From Vicugna vicugna (taxonomy: Eukaryota): 64,000 bases of DNA. The translations under genes and the position numbers were made by a program. Positions 1 to 10,900 of the stretch are shown one piece after another; the first letter of the stretch is position 1, and every line of letters begins with the position of its first letter. A model generated the notes under the pieces. It was given only the letters and a program-made list of their open reading frames with translations, did no database searches and was not told where the DNA came from. Location: the NCBI GenBank assembly GCA_013265495.1, contig MU058531.1:1046678-1110677 (forward strand), written 5' to 3'.

Positions 1-1856
1 GACAGATCCTGGGAGGTGTTGGGATGCTATTTTAGAATAAAGGCTCCCAAAGCTGTCTCCCATTCTCAGCAACTGCAACTGAAGGAGAAAGAGGGTTTAA
101 CAGACAGTCTAGATAATGTACCCAATCCTTTCAGAATTGGAAAATTTAAAATTTATGTTCTTTTTAAAGATAGGTAACTCCCCCCATTCTTTTGTCTCTG
201 TAAAATCACAGTTTCTTTACTTTTTGTTTCCCTGTCTCTGCTGCTAAGGAATTAGCTTGATGCTGAGAATAGGGAGAGACAGTGAGAGGAGAAAATTGAT
301 CTACGTCATGTGGAAAAATTGAATCCAGTGCAGGAAAATTTAAGATGGCTTATGTTTTACCCCTAAATATATGCTACAAAACCTGTATTTGAAAAGTACT
401 CAAAATTTTTAAGTCATATACCTAAAAGGAAAACTATAAAATAGCTCTTTTCTGATAAATATTAAGAGTACTACTGAACATGTAACAGTATTGGTTAAGC
501 TCAAATCACAGTTTCCCCACGTCCTTGCCAGTACATATAAAAAGTAAACACCAAAAAACAAACAACTCTGAGTCATCACATTATAGAATTGAAGATCTCT
601 GTTGTTTGACAGCTCGTTTGTCACATGTGGTAAGATGAAGGTGGGCAGGGAGACACAGGATTGGGATGTCCTGGGTGATTCCCCATCAGATGAGCCCCAG
701 CTGCCATGATACAAGTTTCAAACTAATCCGGTACCCAAGGCGGTGGCGGTCTTGTTGGAACAATGTGTTCCTTCCCAGAGGCAGCAGTTTCTGTCTCTAG
801 GAGTTTGCCAAGGCTTTTCACCAGCTTCCAACTACCAGTCCAGTTTCCAGGTGAACGGCACCCCCCTAAAGTTAGGCATTGCAGCTGCTCTGCAAGTTGC
901 TATTAAACTTACAAATTTTTTAACCTTTCTCTTCACCTTAATGAACTAGGAAGGCCATTTTCTAAATGGCTTTCCATGAGTAAACCCACATACGATACCG
1001 TGTCCTTGGTTGGGAGGAGATAGTGGCAGGTGAAGCTAAGCGAAGTCTAGGGAACAGACAATACACAGCACATAATTACCCGTGCCTCACGACAAGGGGA
1101 AGCTTCCCGGTGGCTGTTTTGGTGACGCCTTTCAGTTGGTTTCTTATGAACATGCCTTGCTGTTTAACCCAGAGGGTGAGCTTCTAGAGAGCACTGGGTG
1201 TGTCATGGTCCTTTTTAAATTACCCCAGTATCTTGCCTGTAATGGGTCTCCCTAAAATTTGTCAATTGAACAAGTGTCTGTCTAATTTCATATATCAGGG
1301 TACAGCTTGGGGAACACGACCAAATCTTGCGAGTTGAGTCTTTAGCTGGTTGTCAGCGTCGGGCAGGAAACAGCCCCACTGGGGGAGGAGGGGCACTGGG
1401 GCGGCAGCACAAGGGCACCCTACCTTCCCATCCCCTCTGTAAGTTCAGGAAAGTGCTATTTTTTGATATTTTGGCTTAATTCCCACATTTTTTAATTTAA
1501 GAATTCTAAAAAGTAAAAATTTGACAAATGCGAGGGATACACAGTATTTAGCACAGTGTCTGCTTTTTTAAAATCTGGTGTGAACATTTTCCGTATGTTG
1601 TTTAATAGAAACTAGATGATGGAGTGGAGGGAAGGGCTGTGCAGGATTATTTTTAGTCTTCGTCTGATGTAGAAGTAGGCTGCGGTGTGAATTGATCAGG
1701 AAGCAGAAGAGTCCCTGTTAATTTACTCATCTCTTCTTCATTAAGAGAAACTGTAATTAAAAAATGAATTAAAAATTAAATTAAAAGCTAGATACATACA
1801 ATCAAAGGCATCTCACTTGTTTTTCAGAGTAAATAATAGTTGTATAGATATGTGCA

Positions 1857-1962
1857 TATTATTATTATTATTATTATTATTTGTAAATGGAGGAACTGGG
1901 GATTGAACCCAGGGCCTCATGCATGCCAAGCATGTGCTCTACCACTGAGCTATGACCACCCC
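1857..1962 (-). mobile_element. tRNA-derived SINE (camelid Vic-1-like) with (AAT)n tail
   Basis: Reverse complement has an A-box (TAGCTCAGTGG) and a B-box (GGTTCAATCC); the tail is the (ATT)n run on +. Confidence 0.85.
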
Positions 1963-2301
1963 TTTATATTATTTGTACTTAATAATATCTGTTCTGAGTA
2001 TGGAGCTGTGTGATGAAAGTATGGAAATATATTCACCATGAACATACGGAACATGCAGTGAATGTGTGGAACAGTTCAGTCTTAAGTCTTGGTCCTCGTA
2101 TGCTTTTTTGGCTTTGACAATGAACTCATCTTGAGTCATGCAGAGTTGATAGGATCACTTTATTGGGCACAGATCTTAATTTAGATGGGGTGGTGAAAAT
2201 AGGAGCATTAAGGTATTTAATGCATTTATCATTAATTTGAGTCTTTTACCTCAAGGCCATAAGCCATGTGAGAATTATCAGCTCAGAAGTTTGCAATTTT
2301 A

Positions 2302-2597
2302 GGTCAAAGGGTACAGATTTTCACTTAAAAGGACAAGTTCTGAGGCTCCAATGTACCGCATGTGTGACTGTAGTTAATAATCCAGTATCGTGACTTGAAA
2401 GCAGTTGAGAGAAGATCCTAAGCAGTCTCACCATGGAAAATAAAGTTAATTCTGTCAGGTGATGGATGTGTTCATCATCTTGATCTTGGTAACCGTTCTA
2501 CAATGTGCAGTGTATGTTCATCAAATCATCACGTTGTAGACTTTAAATATATACAATTATATTTGTCAGCTATCCCTCAATAAAATTTAAAAAAAAG
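2302..2597 (+). mobile_element. 5'-truncated L1 3' end (L1MA/MB-type) with A tail
   Basis: ggtcaaagggtaca...gtgactgtagttaataat...tatatacaattatatttgtc...aataaa plus A tail, typical of L1M 3' UTRs. Confidence 0.75.
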
Positions 2598-3559
2598 AAG
2601 AAGTTCGGGATTATGAAAGAGGGTCTAGGAGTAAAAACGGACCAAAGCACTCCACATGTGTAACTTCCAGCTCTGCCCCGTCTGGTTCTCTTCACCGCAT
2701 GCTTAGGGCACCATAATTTCAATTATATAATTCCCTCTGAAGTGTCCTACAGACCTCTTCTGGAGTCTAAGTAACTTGTATGGGAATCATTTTATCATGT
2801 GATAGCCAGGTTGCAAAAAAACTGAATTCACCTCCTCTTTGGGATAAACAAATGACTTCTAATTATTTAGTATTTTATGGTTTAAGCACTTTCGCCCCTG
2901 CTCCAGCCCAGCAGCTTTATGGTGGGGTAGATGTGAATTTTCTCCATCACGTAGGAGATGGAGTTGAGACTCAGGTAGCTTGTGGCTCACACAAGATACA
3001 TGTCTCTCTCAAAGGTTGACTTGGAATTTGTACTCAAGCTTTGATTCTAAATCTGCTATCATTTCCCACTGGGAAATGCTATTTAAAAATTACAGCAGAG
3101 CTCTTTGTTAATCACAGAATAATTTCATATTTTAAAACATGATCTTTAGGAATTCAGGTTTTGAGAAGAATTTTTTTAAGCAGCATATGTATTTACCTTC
3201 CCTTTGATTCTTTACAATGTTATTGCCATTCAGCAGTGACTCCAAGTAAGTTTATGGAGCCGTTCTCAGTGATTGTATGTTTCATGCTCTCTTTCTGATG
3301 TTTCCCTCACAGCATTTCCTTTAACCCTAATCCATTTTTATCTTCATGGTCCGGTTAGTCCCCACTGAGAGAAATCCAGTAAATAGTGTCTGAAATGGTG
3401 AGGTTGTTCCAGGAATCTTGCCATATATCCTTGAGTTGGATGTGAGTGCTCTAGAAACTTATTTTTCATCACACATATTGTGAACATAAATGTGTTAAGT
3501 AGTTTAAAGATCCAGTGCTTGGAGCAGTGCCAGCAAACTTGTCAGTATCAAAAAATGTC

Positions 3560-4850
3560 TGTGGGACAAAAAAACCCCACCAGAAACAAAGTTAAAAGAC
3601 TAAAGACAGACTGGTGGAAATAGTTTCACTTATAGTTTCACTTATATCGCAGACAAATGGCTAATCTCTTTAATATATAAAGAACTCCTGGAAGTTGAGA
3701 AGGTTAAAAAAAAAATCAATCCAAAAAATGGATGAAGAATATGAAAAAGACATTTCACAGTAAATGAAATATGAATGGCCCTTTAACATATGAAAAGATG
3801 CTTAAAGTCGTCATGCTTAGAGAAATTCGTGTTAAATCATCAATCTGATTTGCACAAACCCAGAAGTTTGATGATAGATTGTTGTAAGGCTGTGGGAAAG
3901 CAGACATTCTCAGACTTTGCTTGTAACTATAAATTAGAATAACCCCTAAGGGGGAATGGGTAATTTGGCAACAATTATCAAATTATAACTGCTTTACCCT
4001 CTGACCTAGTGTGTTAGTTTCCTGGAGCTACCATAACAAAGTACCACAAACTGGGTGGCTTAAACTAACAGAAATGTATTGGCTCACAGTCCTGGAGGCC
4101 AGAAGTGTGAAATCAAGACATCAGCAGGATTATATTTCCTCTGAAACCTGAAGGAGAATCCTTTTGCCTCTTTCTACCTTATGGTGGTTTGCTGGCAATC
4201 TTGAATGGTCCCTTACTTGCATCTGTATAGCTCTGACCTCTGCCTCTATCTTTACAATGTGTTCTCCCTGTCTCTGTGTCTTCACCTGGCTTTCTTCTCA
4301 TAAGGACACCAGTCATATTGGATTAGGGGCCCACCCCACTCCAGTCCTCATCTTAACTGATTACATCTAAAATGAACCCCTTTCCAAATAAGGTCACATC
4401 CTAAGGTACTGAGGATTAGGACTTCAACATAACCTTCTATGGAGGGACATAATTCAACCCATGATACCCAGTAGTCCTACTTAATGTTTATTCTGCAGAT
4501 ACATTGAAACAACCCCAAATCTGTCAATAGAGGCGTGATTAAAAGCATGCCTTTACCTCTGCGGTAGAGTACTGTGCAGCTATAAAGCAATGCAGAGGTT
4601 AGGAGCTGACACAGAAGACCCTTCAGGTCAGAACAAGAATGTAGTAGGTTAATTACCTTTTGGGTAAGAAAGAGGAAAAATAATAATATATTCATATTTG
4701 CTTATCTTTGTATGAAGAAACTCTGGAAGAAGACACAAGAAATTAAAAGTGATTATGGGAGGTAGGGGTGAGGCTATGGGAGCAGAGATACAATTAAGAA
4801 TTTTTATTGCTTTCTTATGTTGCTTGATTTGTGAATCATGAAGTTACCTA
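3560..4850 (+). mobile_element. Old L1 (L1ME-like) ORF2 C-terminus/3' UTR fragment interrupted by MLT1
   Basis: aaagacatttcacag...catatgaaaagatgct... ORF2-end motifs; the element resumes after the LTR at ~4470. Confidence 0.6.
4010..4466 (-). mobile_element. MLT1 (ERVL-MaLR) solo LTR
   Basis: tgtgttagtttcct...ataacaaagtaccacaaactgggtggcttaaa...aattcaacccatgata; 5-bp TSD-like cctag/cccag. Confidence 0.85.
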
Positions 4851-7820
4851 TGTCAAAGAGAGATACACCAAGAGTGTCATCCTTTTGAGTTCAATAAAGA
4901 ATTTTTATGACGTTAACAGGGAATCAGTATGTTGTCCCAGTAATCAACTCCCTATTTTCTTTGTCTCTTCTTTCTCTTCTTTCTTTGCTTTGCTTAGTTC
5001 TTGGAATTTTTACCACCAATATCTCTTTTCAAATATCACACACCTGCTCTTGGTTTGTAGCATCGTTATGCCTGTTATTTCTCATTAGTAAAGAAATCAT
5101 CTGCCTATTCCAGAACCTTTGGTCAGAGATGCAAACAAAAGCCAATCAGCAGGCACTGGCATTCTTTATGAAAAGGCTGTTATGAACAATCAGTTGATGA
5201 GCTTCAAGCAATTTACATTAAAATGGTCTTAGAAGCAGGAACTCAGATAACGAGTCTGTGTTTTATCTATCTAAAAATTTTAAATAAGATGTTATGAAAG
5301 AACTGTTCACAACCTTCAGTAACATGTTATCTTCAGTTTCTCTGTCTCAGAGTTTTCTTAGCAATTTGAAAGTGAATCTGATTAATGTGCTAAGATCAGA
5401 ATCAGAACATTATTCTTAAAAAAGAATTAAGTTGATAATTATGTCCATTTAACCCTCGCTACCCCCTAAAAAGAGAGCTTTTATTTTGATCTCCTCTCTG
5501 ATGGGGGTCGGGGCAGGTGCAGTAAGTTTTCAAGAATGCTCTGGGACCTGGTCACCTAGTTCTGTGTCATCCACATCTTTTGTTTCCTTTCTTCTCCATC
5601 CTACTGACTTGTGTTTTAGTTCAGCAACTAGAAGAATGAGAAAAAGAAATACATGTAAGTAAGCCTCTTTGGCTAATTCATAGTTTTGGTAAGAGAAATA
5701 GCCAGAGGGTTAGTTGAGAATATGGTTAAAGGAGGTGTTTCGGTTTATTTGTGAATTTCAGTTTGCCAAGGCACTCCTGGTTTCTTTTGTGATGGATAAT
5801 CCATAGTGAACAGCATTATCACATGACCTCTTTTCCATAAGCTACTATTTATTCACTCAGGATATAAATATATTGAACACTTTTGGTATAAAAGACAGTT
5901 CTGTGTTACAAAGAAGTATCATGATACCAGCTTTCAGGTGTACAAGCTCAGCAAGAGAAGGAGATGAATGTTCATGGCACAAAGAGTATGGAAACAGACA
6001 TCATTCCCAGATGTAATCAACACAACCCAAAGAATTGGAGGCGGGGAAAAGTTATCAGAAAAGGGGAGACGGGGAGGTTCCAGTGTGGAAAAATAGCATA
6101 TAAATTCTAATTAAACTCATCAGATCTATAGGGAAATCCAGAATAAAATCAGGGAGCCTCAAGGCAGGCAGAAAAGTTAAGGAAAGGGAAGACTGAGGAA
6201 TGGAAGAGGATACTGGGGGATGTATTCAGAAAGGGCAAGTGGAAGGAGTCTGCCGGGTACACATGAATTAAATCAAGGTGGGCTGCCCGTTGTGGAAGAC
6301 AGGTTTTCCATTTCTTGTAAACACTCGGGAGTAGACCTCCCGCAGTCACAGCTAGACCAGTCCCAACTCCTCTGGGTAATAGAAACTCATTTGCCAGGCA
6401 GAGACTTGGACATACTACCTGATCTTTGTCTGCTTAGCTTCCTTTGTTCCTTCAAAAGACCACTGCAGCCAAGTGACATTGCCATTGTGAGTCTGATTAT
6501 CACCCCCATGCTAAAATCCTCAGGTGCTTTGTGTTACTGTTAAGCTTAATCCTGTCTCAGTTCTAAAGACCTGCACAGCTGGGCCTCCCCATCCTCTTCA
6601 GCCTCTGCTCCCACCACAGGGCTTTCCTGTTCTCCCTTCGCCAGCCTTTGACCTTCGCTGCGTGCTGCCACGCTCTGCCAGCCCTAGAGCCTTTTCACCT
6701 ACCCTCTGCACATGCTCCTCTGTCTGCTGTGTAACTACTTGAGTCCTCCCTCACCCACTCTCAAACTTCTCCTTGATGGCACTTATCACAGTGAAAGTTT
6801 TGCATCTGTGTAATTGTTTGATGGTCTCCCCACTAACCTGAAGCTCTTAGAAGAGAGGTACCTTGTCAGCTTTTTTGTTCACCATTCCCACACACAGTTG
6901 GCCTAAAACATATCTGTTGTGAATGGATGAAGATTTGAATCACTCATCAGGGAACTGAATAGTGTAGTGGTGTGTTTGAATCCCATGTCCACACCTTCCA
7001 GGCTGTTTTCTTACCTGTGGTTACCTGCCTATTAAACATCCTTACATAAGAAAGAAGCTTCTTTTTTCATGTAAAAGATCAAGCTTGTAAGGAAAGCTGG
7101 GCGATACTGTCAAGGGCCCAAAAAGATTTCATCTTTTTGGCTGGGCATCCATGAGCCCAGCTTACAATCAGGGGCTCCATTAGTAAAGGAAGAGGGGCGA
7201 AGAGATACTGGGTCAGTTAGCTGTCTCTGCCACAAGGCCTTATAAAGGTAGGGATAATGTACATGAAGTATATACATATATATGTAAGACTGTCAGCACA
7301 GTGCCTGGCCCATAGCACTTAACCATGGTTGTTAGTGTTTCTTCATTCACTGAATGTGTAATAAATAACTTACCCCAGGAAGGAAGCCTTCCACCCCTTT
7401 TCTTTGGACCTTTTTCAGCTCTTCATTTCTTTGTCCCTTCGTTCTTGGGTCAAATTACTTGGTTAATATGTTTGCAAACAGTTTATCCGCATGTTGGGAG
7501 CACATCTCCGGTTTCCTTTTAATAGTCCAAGGAGTAATAGCCCTTATTCCACCCCACTGGGACTCTGCTCTCCTTAGCCTCTTCTTGATTCCTGTTTATA
7601 TAGAGTCAACATCCCCTCGGCTAAGATAAGCTCTTAGATAAGGTAGAGCTGTGGATCTGTTTTCTTCTCCTGTGGCTGGTGCCACTTAGGCAAAAATCTG
7701 CCTTTATTCAAGGCTGTACCTGGATATGCAGAAGTTGGGGTGGGGTGGGGGGGGGTTCAATGAAAATAAAGACAGTATTTGTTTAGCCTTGACAGTTTGT
7801 TTTCTTTATTTCCTGTGAAG

Positions 7821-7937
7821 GCAATTGACCGAGGCTTGGGCTTTGAACTTGTCTACAGCCCCGCTATCAAAGACTCCACAATGAGAAGGTACACAATTGC
7901 CAATGCCCTCAACTTGATACAGGTCTGCAAAGGAAAG
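7821..7937 (+). CDS. RPP30: RPP30 coding exon (human exon 7 equivalent), 117 nt
   Basis: tgaag|GCAATTGAC...GGAAAG|gtatgg; encodes AIDRGLGFELVYSPAIKDSTMRRYTIANALNLIQVCKGK. Confidence 0.97.
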
Positions 7938-10900
7938 GTATGGTTCCATACTTTTAGGTTGTTTTTCAAATCTAGCAGTTTAATTTTATTAATATACTGG
8001 GATTATCAAATTGGTCCCTTTTCCTGAAAGCAGAAGATTCTCCAGATACAGGAACAAATTCTCCCATTTTGATGAGCGCTGCAAGTTTTAAAGGAAAGAA
8101 AAATATCCCAGGGAAGAATAACATGAGGGTGGGGAAAGAGATGTTGAAAGCCTTTATCTTTCATTAAGGAATTTGCCATTTCCGCACTGTGAAAGAATAG
8201 TCTAGATAACAGTTGTTTGTCATCATTGAGTTGAATTAAGGTTATATGACTTTTTCAACTAGTTTTTAAAACTAATTTATCTTTTCTAAGATCTGTTGGG
8301 AAAGCTTGTTTTATATTTTATTGTAGGCTGCCTTTAGTTTGACATGAGGTCTGAATTTCATCCTTTCGCTTTAATTATTTTTCTTATCTTTAGGAGAAGT
8401 TGGTATTTATAAAGCCTTAAATCTTAAAATGTAATCACTAGTTATTTATAAGACTTCAAATTTTTTTCACACTTATCTAAGATTAACATTGATCACTTTC
8501 TGTTTTGTAGAATGTAATTATATCTAGTGCTGCAGAAAGGGTAAGTCTGGCATGAAGTACTTCGTTTTCTCTTTTCAAGTTATAAAACTTTAAGTTTCTA
8601 AGGGAGAAATTAAAATAGTAATGTAATGAACATTTATTGTATGTTTTCATTTTTAACTGAATTTGCTTGTTCTAATTGCTGAAGAGTAAAATTTACCCCC
8701 ATTCCTTTGGGGCTTCAAGTTTTTTTTATATAAATAGTTTTTCCTTTATATTGTTGTAAAATGCTTTTCAGGGATCTTTTATATTTTCAAAAGCTTCAGA
8801 AACTCATCAAAGTTAAAAGGACTTAAATTTATGCAGTTGACTTCCTTATTTTTAGATACTTAAGCATCCTATTTACTGCAAATGAAGTCATTGAAATGTT
8901 ATGAATAACTTCTCTCGTCTATTTTTTGTTCACTTGATTTTAGCCTTTAGAAATAAGAGGCCCGTACGACGTGGCAAACTTGTATCCTTTCCCGAGTAAG
9001 AAGTCATTGAAATTTTCTTTTAGGAAATTAGGAATTTGATTATATATTATACTTTAACAAGACTTGTTTTTAACCTTTTACTGTAAGCTTACCAACTAAT
9101 AGCTTCAAAAACAAATCATACCAGGTTGTAGAGAGCTTCATCCTTTTGTTTTCTGGGTTAAGGGAGAAATAGAGAAGGGGGAAAGAAGGCCTCTATAAGA
9201 GCTTAGAGTTAAATGAGTCTCTTCTCAAATGCGCGTTCCATTAGGGCTAAGAACTGTAGAATTAAATTGTCTCCTTCAGTGTGACCAGGCAAGCTGGCAT
9301 TTTCAGTTATGTTTCTGTTAGTCTTGTGTCCTTGGCTGACTCTGGGTTGAAGTCTTTGACGACCCCACCAGAGGGCTGCTGTTCGGGCTGTCTGAAAGTG
9401 ATGCCAAGGCTGCAGTGTCCACCAACTGCCGGGCAGTGCTTCTCCATGGAGGTGAGCAAGCTCTTCCAAGAAAAATGCGCAGTGGTCGTGTTCAGAGCCA
9501 GTCGTTTCTATCAAACAATTGAGCCCTATTTCCTTTTGCTTTCCTGTCCTATAGCGTTCCTTTAGGGTCTTCTTTTCTGAACCTGTTTAACCATCTCCAT
9601 CCCCATCAATGCTTTCTCACCCTTTATTTCAGGCTTTATTTTTTGTAGTTTGTAGAATGAATATAGTTTGTGTGTTCTTTCAAGCTCTGCATGTGTGTCC
9701 CCGCCTGCATTTGGATAGGCTTCTGATCTCCCTTTCTCCTCCATCCTCTACTGATGGACATACTTCCCCTGCTTGAAAAGCAATGTTTTAGAGAACTGAA
9801 AGGTGAAAAATATGTTAAGCCTTTTATGAGGAATACAGAAACCCCAAATACCTTTTTAAAAACCCAACCGACAAACTCAAATTATAACTTTTTACATTTA
9901 TTACAATGTATGATTCTTTTCTTATTTTTTGTTTGCATGTTCAAATATGCACAGACTATACACTTTTTACTCACATTTTATTTACATTTGTCTCCTTCTC
10001 ACCTTAATTCCACTACTTGAAGGCACTGAATTTCTTATACATCAGATAATAAAAATTAAACTTGAAGTGTTTGATATACCAAGGCTTTGGAGAATGAAAA
10101 TGAGGTTTTATTAAAAGTAAAACATTTATACTTTTGATCTGCTGTTTTATCTTCATTCTCTTTGTAATTTTTAGCACTCCTGGTAGTGATCAGGAAGCAG
10201 TTCATTTGATATCATCTAGATGAATTTTAAACTTCAGAACTGGTTGCTGCCTATAGACTAGGTTTTTTAGCATATGAATAGTTAGGTTACTGAGGGGCTT
10301 GTGTGTTGTGTCTGCATTTTAATGATCTGATTTCATCTTGGGAGAACTGGTTACTGTATTAACCATGAATTGGGTGATTTTGCTTCTGTTTTCAACATTT
10401 TTAGTTTGAGATTGTTGTATTACATAGCCTAGACCCATCCCATAAGCTCTGGGAATGGCCAAATTAATTAGAATTTTATCAAGATTTTCTTGAAATTAGG
10501 GAATAGTTGGTTCACACTAGTATTTCTGCCATTATTTTTGTCTATTTTAAATGAACGTAAGGAATCATCAAGATTTTGGATAACAATTAGTGTTCTAAAA
10601 CAGACTAAGACAAGAACGGGAAACTCATTTTAAAAATGCAATAGGGAAAAATACGAAATTCTCAACAACTCAGCTATTCAACAAAAGATATATATGGAGC
10701 TAGGCTTTTGTAGAGGCTAAACTAAAAGTAGCCTCGTGGACTTTAGGAAGCATTCCCATTCACCCTGATGTGCCCAGAACAGTCCTAGTTTATACCTGCT
10801 GTTCCTGCAGAAGTAACAATACATCCAGAGGATAAATTATAAGTACCCTGGTTCCAGTTCACATTGGGATCAGTAAGAAATAGTAATGTGGTAGTTTCCT

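Noticed and set aside
409..949. ORFs and a GC-balanced stretch in the RPP30 upstream intron
   Set aside because: No match I can recognise to the preceding RPP30 exon or to any protein; cannot be supported without a search.
9209..9565. ORF-track entries overlapping the 80-nt RPP30 exon
   Set aside because: They are alternative-frame or antisense shadows of the real exon.
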